Made by a program: the position numbers and the translations under genes
NCBI RefSeq assembly: GCF_001194135.2
Contig: NC_068987.1
Coordinates: 12,187,828-12,251,827, forward strand
DNA from: Octopus bimaculoides
Lineage: Eukaryota
Length of the DNA stretch: 64,000 nt
Direction of reading: 5' to 3'
Notes under the pieces: generated by a model
Databases searched by the model: none
Told to the model about the DNA's origin: nothing
What the model saw: only the letters and a program-made list of their open reading frames with translations
In this document: piece after piece, positions 51,731 through 63,259 of the stretch
Position numbering within the stretch: the first letter of the stretch is position 1
How the letters are laid out: each line of letters opens with the position of its first letter

Positions 51731-51953
51731 CCCTTTTGATACCAACCCGGCTGAAACCGCCTCTGGCTCTGTAGTACAAATGCCTTGTTTTCAAAAAGTT
51801 TTTAATTAAAATATTCCACCAAACCTCAGTCACAATTTACGTTCCTAACACCAGCTTAATGATAACTAAGTTATTTTACTAAATTCTTTATTATATTTAA
51901 AATTAGTTGAAAGAAACACAGAGCATCTCAATAGAAATATGGTAACAAAAGGG
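51731..51953. mobile_element. piggyBac-type MITE (P2); other copies at ~1690-1905, 17570-17780, 29025-29830 (interrupted), 44010-44230
   Basis: TTAA on both sides; TIRs CCCTTTTGATACC / GGTAACAAAAGGG. Confidence 0.87.
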
Positions 51954-52977
51954 TTAAGGTATATTGTAAATTAATATTGTTATACAAGTCTGCCAAAAGT
52001 TGAAAATGAAAGTTTTAATTTTCTTTATGAGTATATAATCTTTTTTTTAATGATTTTAAAATATGGAACATTTTATTTGATTATTATTAGATTTTGAATT
52101 TGGAAAATTCATGCCTATGAATTTTAAATATAATCACTCTTATATGTATGAACTGTAATTTTAAACTTAGTGACTCTGTATGAAACAGATAAACAAATCA
52201 GATTTTTAAAAATCTCCAAAATTGTTTTGCTATTTTATTCAGTTAAGGTTAGACAAACAGCATATAAATGACCTGTGGTAGAAATTTAACCCATAATAAA
52301 TTAATATATTTTTACTATCAATGACAAATCACACAAACTTAAAAGATTTGAAGAATATAAAGAGAGATAATAAAAGGTAGATCTTTAGAAAAATTTCACC
52401 AAAATGCCAAAAAAAAAAAATGAAAAAAATATTGAGACACTAAAAAGGAAGAGATAAAAGGATAGATTTTAAAAATTCAAAAATTGTTATTTTTTTATTA
52501 TTTTACAAATAAAAGTGGTATCATTTAATTGTCTATTCAGGTAAAAAGTTGAAATAGTAATGGGCGTAATAATTTAAAGAGAGAAAAAATAAAACAGAAT
52601 ACTTGCATTTCTAAAATAATAACATGAATGATAAGATGAATCTATAGGATATAATCACAACAAGATTAACTAAGTAATGTTGCCAGGAAGACAATTCTAG
52701 AAATAATCTTTTAATTAATTTAAAAGCGGTATAACTATTTTTTATAGATAAGCAGCTACGATCATAGCATTTCCTTTCCCCATTTAATAAATTGTTACTA
52801 CTTATATGCTCATTCCTTCTCGAGCTATGCCTGGCTCATAAGGTCTGGTTTCCTGGTTTCATTGGCGTATAGGTTCCCCACCTAGATGGAACGTCAGTCC
52901 ATTGCAGTTACTATTTATATATGTATATTAATATACACATCTTTTACTATCTTCATTTATTGAGGACATGCTTGTGG

Positions 52978-53056
<79 letters not shown>

Positions 53057-53411
53057 GATAGATAGATAGATATATGTATATATTATATAAGTGTGTATGT
53101 ATGCATATGGTGCTCATTTTGTCATAATTTTGCTAAATTTACTCAAATTAGTTTTCATTTGCTATTCTTTTGATAATGTTATTATAACTAGTGTAAAATA
53201 TTATGAGTGACAATAAATCTACTTCATACTTGATCAAATTACATGTCACAAGAACTCTACATGTTTCTGATAAACTTCAAAACAGATTGATTCAAGAGGT
53301 TTTCTGATGAAGAAATATTTTCGTATATTGTTCTGCTTATGATTGAAATAAAATTTTAATACTATTAAAAAAATTAAAATCAAAATAATCATAATGGTTT
53401 TTGCCTTATTG

Positions 53412-53647
53412 CAGTGGTTCTCAACCATTTTTTGCCTATGGAATGCTTTAATTCCTATTCCACTTAGATGAACCCTCATAACCATTCAATATTTAAAAGA
53501 TCCTATTTTATTTTTATTTTTAGACATTATAAGGAATCGTATAAAAAACATTGTGAAAATATTTTGAGTATTGCAGAAGTATAACCAATTTATTGCACGT
53601 AAATTTTAATTACAAAATCTTTTATAGGCTCCAGGTGAGAACCACTG
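53412..53647. mobile_element. hAT MITE, 236 bp
   Basis: TIRs CAGTGGTTCTCA / TGAGAACCACTG; 8-bp TSD ccttattg / ccttaatg (7 of 8 match). Confidence 0.88.
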
Positions 53648-53705
53648 CCTTAATGGATAAGGATGACTAAAACTAGAGTTAATGTCCTACATATGCATAT
53701 ACAAT

Positions 53706-53900
53706 AATATTTAACATGTTCATGTACACTTGAACATGGGAATACCTTTCACTGTGGAAACAGTCTTGGGAGAAATTTCTTCTCACTCATAGTGCAATAT
53801 GTTTTTCACACATATTTTTGTCTACAAGGAGAAATTTTTCCGGAGATTATTTCCACAGTGAAAGGCTTTCTATGTCTGAGTGTATATGATGTCTTGAATA
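53706..53900. repeat. Imperfect inverted repeat with ~75-bp arms
   Basis: cctttcactgtggaaacagtcttgggagaaatttcttct versus aggagaaatttttccggagattatttccacagtgaaagg. Confidence 0.75.
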
Positions 53901-54123
53901 TAATTATATATACATATATTTCATCCACAGCTTCATGCAACTCTATTCAATTAAAATCTGATATATTGAGAAGAAGTGATCTTAAAATATAGCAATAAAA
54001 AGAAATTTCCCATTTAGTTATTCTGGATAAAATTATGAAAATAAAATAAGAATAATTTCCAAATGAAAAAGTAGAAGAAAAGTACACCCATGCATCTCCA
54101 AAAACATTACAATTACAAAATAC

Positions 54124-54159
54124 CTCAGACAGTTCATCCTGAAGATTCAACAATTGGTC
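54124..54159 (-). CDS. CRACR2A: CRACR2A-like small exon
   Basis: ttgccag|GAC CAA...TCT GAG|gtattt; 36 nt, 0->0; DQLLNLQDELSE. Confidence 0.72.
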
Positions 54160-55165
54160 CTGGCAATATTGATGAACAAAATGTTAAATTGCCAATTTTT
54201 ATAATAATTTAACAGACAAGAAATTTAACATTGATTATAGATACATACCCAGCATTAGAATATAACACATTAAGAAAAATGAGATTCATTAAGTTTTGTT
54301 AATGGATAAGAATTTGGATATGTTTAGGATAATGCAAGTTCCCAAAAAATTATTTAGTAACAATTCAAGTAATAATTTAAGATCATCAAAAATGTATCAC
54401 TGAAGTATATCAAAGTGAAATTCAATTTTTATTGTCATCAACCTGTTTATAATAAACACACAACAATTTAAATCATTCCTAAAAAAAAAAATATAAAAAA
54501 ACGATTCGAAACACAAGTATTCAAACAAAAGAATAACATGCATTTATCATTCCTGTTCTTTATATAATATATATATATATATANNNNNNNNNNNNNNNNN
54601 NNNNNNNNNNNNNNNNNNNNNNNNNNNNNNNNNNNNNNNNNNNNNNNNNNNNNNNNNNNNNNNNNNNNNNNNNNNNNNNNNNNNNNNNNNNNNNNNNNNN
54701 NNNNNNNNNNNNNNNNNNNNNNNNNNNNNNNNNNNNNNNNNNNNNNNNNNNNNNNNNNNNNNNNNNNNNNNNNNNNNNNNNNNNNNNNNNNNNNNNNNNN
54801 NNNNNNNNNNNNNNNNNNNNNNNNNNNNNNNNNNNNNNNNNNNNNNNNNNNNNNNNNNNNNNNNNNNNNNNNNNNNNNNNNNNNNNNNNNNNNNNNNNNN
54901 NNNNNTTTTTTTTTTTTTTTTTTTTCTTACAAGCAACATAATGTTGACCCTTTACTAGAGGTGAATGAACTCACTGAAGGAAAATATATTATTACTCACA
55001 AAAACCAGATTATTCTAAAAAATGGCCAAAAATGCATCACAAAGGCCAGCTATGTTTCCTTCTATAGAGCTAAAAAAATTCTTTAAAACTCTAACTTGTA
55101 CAATGCTTTACAAAATCTACAACAGAACTTTGGAAAAATTATACATCTCTATATGTGTGTGTGTT

Positions 55166-55199
<34 letters not shown>

Positions 55200-55509
55200 C
55201 ATACATATATATACATGCATCATGATACTGACCAGATTATAGGATGTGGTTATACATCACTGGTCATCATGCGCTTCACATTGTTTTAACCTTTGAATGA
55301 TGCCATCCAATTGGTTAGATGAGCAGACCAACATCCCTCCTGATTGGAATTGGAAGACTATTCCATCACAGAGTTACCTATTAACAGTGGACTGGGGCAA
55401 CGTAAAATGAAGTGTTTTGCTCAAGAGCATAAAGTGGTACCTGGCCCAGGAATTGAACCCACAACTTAACAATCATGTGTGCAACACTCTAACCACTAGG
55501 CCACATGCC

Positions 55510-55551
<42 letters not shown>

Positions 55552-55909
55552 AAAAATAATTGCATATATCAGTTTGATCAAAGGAAATAACTGTGTAACA
55601 ATGCAATGGCAATGAAAAGAATCGATGTATAAGTGAAGCTAGATATAAAGTAAGGAATAGAGCCAGATCCGAAATGTTGTTACTAACATGCTGAAAAGCT
55701 CAGATATTAGCATTTAATCATAAAAATGAAGCATAAACAGAAAGGATGGAAAGGTTTATGACTGTTCATAACATTTAGAATGAAATCATGCTTGGTTTTA
55801 AATAATTTTAAAGCCCTTATTAAGTTGCAATTAATGGCATTTGAACATGCATTAAATCACTGAATCTTGGATGCTGGTGAAAATACATAGTGTTTTGATA
55901 GTAGTGAAC

Positions 55910-55947
<38 letters not shown>

Positions 55948-56261
55948 CCAGATGTTAATAGATATGAACTACAAATGCTTGCTTTCATTGATAGTAACAA
56001 CACTAGAGTTTCTCGAGTCAGTGAGGGGTGTCTCTACATAGTCACTCAACTTGTTAGAAATAACAGCCAGATATCCCTCAGATCAGACTTTTTCATTTCC
56101 AGTTCTAGATAATGTTAGAAGATTGAATGTATGTGTGCAACCCTACACAAAGGGGACTGGAGAGTCTTGGCAACCGGATTCCCATGACAGGAAGGATCCC
56201 TGGCTTGATGATGATTGTTAAAAAGATCGATGATCATAGCCTGTATAAAAATTCTTTTCTA

Positions 56262-56466
56262 CTCTAGACACAAGGCCCGGAATTTTTGGGGGAGGAGTAA
56301 GTCGATCAGATCGACTACGGCACGCAACTGGTAATTATTTTATCGACTCCGAAAGGATGAAAGACAAAGTCAACCTCGGCGGAATTTGAACTCAGAACGT
56401 AACGGCAGATGAAATACCGCTAAGTATTTCACCCGGCGTGCTAACGTTTCTGCCAGCTCGCCACCC
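56262..56466 (-). mobile_element. Family C SINE (second tail type)
   Basis: Same head and central domain; tail ...CTCCCCCAAAAATTCCGGGCCTTGTGTCTAGAGTAGAAAAGAA. Confidence 0.85.
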
Positions 56467-56501
56467 CCAGTAACATTTTAAATACTATAATATATGTATC
56501 T

Positions 56502-56789
56502 TATTTCTTTATTGCCCACAAGGGGCTAAACATAGAGGGGACAAACAAGGACAGACAGTGCGTAACAACCCCAGTGCGTAACAACCTCAGTGCGTAACTG
56601 GTACTTAATTTATCGANNNNNNNNNNGCGTAACAACCTCAGTGCGTAACTGGTACTTAATTTATCGACCCCGAAAGGATGAAAGGCAAAGTCAACTTCGG
56701 CGGAATTTGAACTCAGAATGTAATGGCAGACAAAATACCGCTAAGCATTTCGCCCAGCATGCTAACGTTTTTGCCAGCTCGCCACCTTA
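56502..56789 (-). mobile_element. Full-length family C SINE with perfect 16-bp TSD
   Basis: TSD tataatatatgtatct at 56486-56501 and 56790-56805; internal short tandem duplication and a 10-N gap. Confidence 0.9.
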
Positions 56790-57676
56790 TATAATATATG
56801 TATCTGTATATAATATATATGTATCTGTATTATGAACATTAAAGTGAATTCATTTCATTAGAATTAAGGTAAACTGTTATTGTTAAAGTCTACATGCTTT
56901 AGTTTTCAGGTCAATATCCATATAACGAGCAATGAATAGCTAGTTAATGATGTTATTTCATCTATCATTCCAAACACGATGCATCTTTTATAACTTTGGG
57001 TCAATAAATGCAGGATTCAATCCAGAATGGTTATACTTCTTGCCATTCTTTAAAATTAATTACTTTCTTTCTAATTAATGCAGAAAACAGAAACATGCAC
57101 ACATTCACAATAGTGAATGTGTTAGGAAATTTTTTTAATTTTTTTAATTTTTTTATGAGCTCACCTAATTTAATCTGTTTATGACTTCAAACACTGAAAG
57201 AAAAGAGCAATCCCATAACAATACACAATTGCAGAGGTTTGGGGCGCAAAATATAGACCTACAAGGGATAGATCCTTCTCTGAACTTTAGCGAATACTAA
57301 GAATGCATCAACACAAAACTTGACAGCACCCAAGAATAAAATCTCTAAATCATGATGAGATAGATGATTCTAATATAACAAAACAAGAGAACATTTTCTT
57401 TTTTATACAAAATAAAATTTAATTTTCTAAGAACTATTAAAATAAAAACCTTTATATATGATACAAAAAAACAGAAATATTGAAAAAATATATTTAAAAT
57501 GCAGAAGCAAAGCCTAAAATTATTATATATTGAATTCCTGTATTAAAAGTATTAGAAAAGTATTTCATTAAATATATAAGTTGCTAAACGCAAAAAATTT
57601 TTTAAAAGCCATAATTTTCTAATAAAAAAAATTCACTCCTGATGAGTGTTTATTTGTATCATAAATGTATATATAC

Positions 57677-57728
57677 CCGCCTTGCTTCAGCTTCATCTTT
57701 GTCATCTTGTAGTTTACGATTAATATTT
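57677..57728 (-). CDS. CRACR2A: CRACR2A-like exon
   Basis: tttacag|A AAT...AGG CGG|gtatat; 52 nt, 2->0; NINRKLQDDKDEAEARR. Confidence 0.88.
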
Positions 57729-58443
57729 CTGTAAATTAAAAAAAATTTTAAAAAAAAGGAAAATAAGCTTTTAGATCATTTCTTGTAAAAATATCAATAT
57801 TACATTTAATAACTTAATCCATCAGTGTTACTTTTATTTTTAATGCTAAATTAAAATTAATTTTGTAGTGTTTATTGAATTGTACCAAAGTCCTAGTGTT
57901 CAAATATTAATAACAAAAAAAAAAACAAAGTATTTTGTGTGACACCTTGGGCAAGTGTCTTCTACTATAGCCCTGGGCCGACCAAAGCCTTGTGGGTGGA
58001 TTTGGTAGACGGAAACTGNNNNNNNNNNNNNNNNNNNNNNNNNNNNNNNNNNNACAACCGATGCCGGTGTGTTTACGTCCCCATAACTTAATGGTTCGGC
58101 TAAAGAGACCGATAGAATAAGTACTAGGCTTACAAAGAATAAGTCCTGGGGTCGATTAGCTCGACTAAAAGGTGGTGCTCCAGCATGGCCACAGTCAAAT
58201 GACTGAAACAAGTAAAAGAGTAAAAGAGTATATGGTCAAGATATCAACAGTATATTAATTCCAATATTAAGAAGGTTTAATTTGCACACTTAAGTTTTGT
58301 TGTACTTCTTGATTTGGAATATTACACTTGTTTAAACAATTCTGACTAGCATTTCAAAATAAACTACAAACGCTGTTTATATCTTTCTTTAAAGCAATTT
58401 CTTGTTGTAGTTAAAATATATATTAATTTAACATTTACTATAC

Positions 58444-58515
58444 CTGAGATGATCCAATTGTTTGACTAGACTTTCTCTTTCTATTGCTATTCCTTCAGTT
58501 AGCTTCAATGCTATT
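58444..58515 (-). CDS. CRACR2A: CRACR2A-like coiled-coil exon
   Basis: aatacag|A ATA GCA...CTC AG|gtatag; 72 nt, 2->2; IALKLTEGIAIERESLVKQLDHL(R), cf. recalled CRACR2A VTESLQREKAGLLKQLDFLR. Confidence 0.9.
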
Positions 58516-59623
58516 CTGTATTAAAAAAGAAAAAAAAAATATATATAGTTACAATATTTCCATCATCAAAGTTTTAAAATGTCATTTTATGTTTTGCATA
58601 GAGTAGAGCAATGTGGAGAATTAAGCTTAAAATCTGTAAAAATCACTGTATAAAGTGTTATTGAAACTTCTTAAATCATTAAAATAAAGAAACAAAAATT
58701 AAAACATTGCAGCTTATTGTACACTCGAAAATTTTTTAAGATAATTACTATACAAGACTTGGATGTGGTACTGAAGAAAGAGCAAGAATTCCTGAAATGT
58801 GCATATACACCTATTGCCTATCTATAGGTGCAGATGTAGTTGTGTAGTAAGAATCTTGCTTCCCAACCATATGGTTCCAGGTTCAGTTCCACCGTGTGGC
58901 ACCTTGGAAAAGTGTCTTTGACTATAGTTTCAAGCCAATCAAAGCCTTGTGGGTGGATTTGTTAAACAAAATCTGATGGAAGCCTGTCGTCTATATGCAT
59001 GTGTGATGTGTGTGTGTGTCTTCACGTCTGTGTTTGTCCCCCTCCACCACTTGACAACTGGTGTTGGTGTGTTTACATCCCCATAACTTAGCAGTTCAGC
59101 AAAAGAATAAGTACCAGGCTAATAAAAAACAAAATAAAAAGTAAATAATGGGGTTGATTCCCTAAGGTTAAATGGAATCAAGATGGCAATCTTCATAAGA
59201 GAAGCTCTTCACCAAAAAGTTGCAACTAGTGAGTCAAAATTGCTAGCTGTCCAAAGAATAGAACAGTCAACAATCAATAAAAGTATTTGATTCCAGAAAG
59301 GAGCACGGTTTTGCCATTGAAGTCTCAGGAGGAACTAGATAAAGTACTTTTCATTAACAATTCATCATCATCATCGTTTAACGTCCGCCTTTCATGCTAG
59401 CATGGGTTGGACGATTTGACTGAGGACTGGCAAACCAGAAGGCTGCACCAGGCTCCAATCTGATCTGGCAGAGTTTCTACAGCTGGATATCCTTCCTAAC
59501 GCCAACCACTCCGAGAGTGTAGTGGAAAATAAACTGACATGACACAGTCTAATGACAAAAAGAAATAACTATAGAAATATCAATAAATAGCTTAACATGA
59601 TAGTCACTATACACACTAGTATA

Positions 59624-59777
59624 TAGTCATGGCCAAAAGTTTGGAACATAGGTCCAAAAATTAGAATTTTTATATTAAATGTCTAAATTTATACATTGTA
59701 TACATTTGAAGTGACTTGTACTTGGGCATAACAATCTTAATTTTTAAAAAAATGTTCCAAACTTTTGGCCACAACTG
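59624..59777. mobile_element. Tc1-like MITE, 154 bp
   Basis: TIRs tagtcatggccaaaagtttggaaca / tgttccaaacttttggccacaactg, flanked by TA. Confidence 0.85.
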
Positions 59778-59855
59778 TATGGATGTAACATTAAGTCTTT
59801 GAGAAGAAATGGAATAAATTTATATGTTATGAAAATAAAGAATTGGTAAACTTAC

Positions 59856-59971
59856 TTTGATCTTTCCCTTTTTTCATCCTTTTGCTGTTGGTGTAGTTGT
59901 TGAATATAGCTGCTTTGTTCTTCTATACATTCTTGGGACTGCTTTAACCTGTACAGCAATTCATCTCTGTC
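59856..59971 (-). CDS. CRACR2A: CRACR2A-like coiled-coil exon
   Basis: taaaag|GAC AGA...TCA AA|gtaagt; 116 nt, 0->2; DRDELLYRLKQSQECIEEQSSYIQQLHQQQKDEKRERS(K). Confidence 0.87.
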
Positions 59972-60098
59972 CTTTTAAGAACCAGAATAATAAATCGTTA
60001 ATAAGGTCATTTCAGATTTAATGTTTTTTATTACGATTGTAACTAGCAATAACAATTTCTAATGATTGCACAGGGATTTTGTAAGCAGTGCAGTTTCT

Positions 60099-60332
60099 TA
60101 TTTCTTTATTGCCCACAAGGGGCTAAACTTCGAGGGGACAAACAAGGACAGACAAAGGGATTAAGTCGATTACATCGACCCCAGTGCATAACTGGTACTT
60201 AATTTATCGACACCGAAAGGATGAAAGGCCAAGTTGAACTCAGCGGAATTTGAACTCAGAATGTAACGGCAGACGAAATACCGGTAAGCATTTCGCCCGG
60301 CGTGCTAACGTTTCTGCCAGCTCGCCGCCTTT
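60099..60332 (-). mobile_element. Full-length tRNA-headed SINE (family C, Meta/Inv-like central domain), 3' part of the 5.8S chimera
   Basis: Head GGCGGCGAGCTGGCAGAAACG, B-box-like GAGTTCAAATTCC, central GCCTTTCATCCTTTCGG.GTCGATAAATTAAGTACCAG, tail AATAAAGAAATA; same family as 56502-56789. Confidence 0.9.
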
Positions 60333-60338
60333 GAAAAA

Positions 60339-60495
60339 GACTCTCGACCGGATGGGGCCCCGGGACGATGGGATCCTGGGGCCGCAATGTGCGTTCAAGG
60401 TGTCGATGTTCACTGAGTCCTGCAATTCACGTCAGTTCATGTGGATAGCCACGCTCTTCATCGACTGACAAGCCGAGTGATCTCCCGTCCAATAA
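60339..60495 (-). rRNA. Solitary, essentially full-length 5.8S rRNA copy (retroposed, probably a pseudogene), 5' part of an rRNA-SINE chimera
   Basis: Minus strand reads ...GGACGGGAGATCACTCGGCTTGTCAGTCGATGAAGAGCG...GTGAATTGCAGGAC...GAACATCGACACCTTGAACGCACATTGCGGCCCC...CCCGGGGCC...GAGAGTC: the conserved 5.8S motifs in order, including GAATTGCAG; no 18S/28S or long ITS flanks. Confidence 0.93.
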
Positions 60496-61380
60496 GCAGT
60501 AAGCAATGCAGTTTCTGTTGACCAAATCCACTCAAGGTTTTGGCATGAGACTATAGGAGAAAATATTTGCCTATGGTACCATGTACCATGCAATCAGACT
60601 GAACTCAGAACCACATGGTTCTTAACCAGAGACAAATAAAATGTAATGTCAGTTCTCATAGAATTTCAACTCAGAGTGAAAAAAATATGTAAAAGAGTAA
60701 ATTATCCTAAGCCAAAAATATACATAGCTCCGTACTACTCTGTTGAGGTCTAACAAACCAAAATAGATGTCCATATTTGTATCTTGACTGCAAGAATCAA
60801 ACTGTCCTTTGGTTAAACATGTAAATTAACTAACAAAATTTATTCCTAATTTCTTTAAATTAATACACCTTTCTCCTTGGAAGTCATTAACAACTACAAT
60901 AAGTAATTCCCCCCCACCACACACACACACATTCCTGTTCTCAGAGAAGTATTTTAATAAATTAAGAATTTATCATGTATGGAATTCCATAGAGTTCCAA
61001 AAAAGGAAGCCATGATTACTATTGTAAGGTTAGCAAAGTCAATTCTCATGTTATCAGAGTAAATGGATTTAAAGCATTGTTGTGTATATTTAATAGCCAC
61101 CTTTATATATATATATTTACAGAGAAACAGACATACAGACAGAGACAGAGAAAGGGAGAGATGTAAATATGTATATATGAATCCATGTACACACACACAC
61201 ACACACACACAATAACTGTATTCCTTTCAAATAAGTTTCATGCCACAGCAATCATCAGGTGAGAACTTACCTGATAATCACAGTAGTGTGAAACTAAGTT
61301 GCAAGAAAGAAATCTAGTTTAAAAAAAACCATATACACTACACCAAGTATTGAGTATTCTCTTCTTCAGTAGCTTTTGAA

Positions 61381-61427
61381 AACACACACACACACACATA
61401 CATATATATATTCAATCCTACACATAA

Positions 61428-61484
<57 letters not shown>

Positions 61485-61798
61485 NNNNNNNNNNNNNNNN
61501 NNNNNNNNNNNNNNNNNNNNNNNNNNNNNNNNNNNNNNNNNNNNNNNNNNNNNNNNNNNNNNNNNNNNNNNNNNNNNNNNNNNNNNNNNNNNNNNNNNNN
61601 NNNNNNNNNNNNNNNNNNNNNNNNNNNNNNNNNNNNNNNNNNNNNNNNNNNATACATATATATATATACATACATACACACATATACATGCATATACATA
61701 TACACATATATACATACAAATACATATATATATATATATATACATAGCTAAGTACTTATCTACAGACATATATACATGAGTACATCATATATATACAT

Positions 61799-61837
<39 letters not shown>

Positions 61838-61971
61838 TACATATACATACATATATATATATATATGCACATACATATACATACATATATACAAACACAC
61901 ACATATACATGCATACATGCATACCTACATACATACATAGATAGATACACACACACACACACACACACATG
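61381..61971. repeat. Large compound (TA)/(CA)/(TACA) microsatellite; representative of many simple repeats in the window (e.g. 1-80, 16377-16436, 18044-18112, 39496-39542, 63168-63255)
   Basis: Directly visible dinucleotide and tetranucleotide runs, often adjoining N gaps. Confidence 0.95.
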
Positions 61972-62040
61972 CAAGGAGAGAAATCTAAGTTAAGTTATGC
62001 AAATACATGTGCAGACATTTCAAATGTAAATACCACTTAC

Positions 62041-62112
62041 TTTAGCAAGGCGGTCATTGGTTGTTTTAGCTTCCATTTCTGAATAATTAATGTCCTTCAG
62101 TTTTTGTTCCAT
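62041..62112 (-). CDS. CRACR2A: CRACR2A-like coiled-coil exon
   Basis: cttttag|ATG GAA...GCT AAA|gtaagt; 72 nt, 0->0; MEQKLKDINYSEMEAKTTNDRLAK. Confidence 0.85.
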
Positions 62113-62642
62113 CTAAAAGTAAAGCAACACAAGAGAATTAATTAACAATTGATAAATGATTGTTAATTAGAAAACAAATATAATTTGACAAAAGGTATGC
62201 AAATTTAATGAATTTTAAGAAATACTTGTTTCTCACATATGCACATAAGCATTGAGATTTGATAAAGATCACTTATTTTAGTTCCATGTTCATTGGTTGT
62301 TTCAGGATGGAAAGTTAATACATATAACTTGAATTTCTTTCTCTTTTTAAGTTTTCAAATATATAAGAGAAATGAAAGTTAAATGTTTTCAATTCAGGAC
62401 AATCAAAACCTGTTTGTAGACTCCACCACACACTAGAGAAACTTAGAAGCACCCTAAGTCACTTTATTGAAATATAATGAAAGCTTAAGAATTTTAAAAT
62501 TATTTCTCTCAGTAAACATGAGATAGATTTCAATATGAATAGGGCTTAGTGTTTAACTAAAAAACAAAAAACCTTGGAGAGTATAATGTTTTATGAGAAA
62601 AGAAAAATGTGGGTTAAGGTAAAAAGTAAGTAAAACAATTAC

Positions 62643-62738
62643 TTCTTTCTGTCTTGTAATTAAGTTGTGAAGTTGGTATTCTTTCTCATATAATTCCTTT
62701 TCCATTTCCTCTCTGAAATTACTTTCTTTGGTCTTCTC
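62643..62738 (-). CDS. CRACR2A: CRACR2A/EFCAB4B (Rab46)-like large Rab GTPase, coiled-coil exon (most 5' exon found in window)
   Basis: ttttcag|GAG AAG...AAA GAA|gtaatt; 96 nt, phase 0->0; EKTKESNFREEMEKELYEKEYQLHNLITRQKE. Confidence 0.85.
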
Positions 62739-63164
62739 CTGAAAATTATAATAGAGAAAGAAGAAAAAAAAATTAGTATAATTTTAGAAGACATTTGACT
62801 GTAGAAAAAAAACATAAACCCATCAGTACCGAAAAACATTCTGTTTTTTTCTTAAACTCATAGTAAAAATAAATAAAAGAATGCAATCTCATGAAAATGA
62901 ACTGCTTACTTCAAAATTAAATGTTGACAAATTTTATAATTAGAAACGATCTCTTTATTTTATAACAGTTAAATTTGTAAAATAATCTAACAATGTTTAA
63001 CCGTCACAAAATCCAATTAGTATGAAAATTGTATGAGAAATTAAACTGTTGAAACAGAAACCTAACGAACACACACTGTTAATAAATGTTCTTCTTTTAG
63101 CTGGACCTGATCAATGATTAAACTAAGAAAATGTTGATATAGTGCTTTTATATATATATGTGTG

Positions 63165-63259
<95 letters not shown>

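Noticed and set aside
61344-61372. Possible micro-exon (A)TEEENTQYL on the minus strand
   Set aside because: Weak donor (gtgtag) and phase-1 start incompatible with neighbours; exon 62041-62112 already fills this position.
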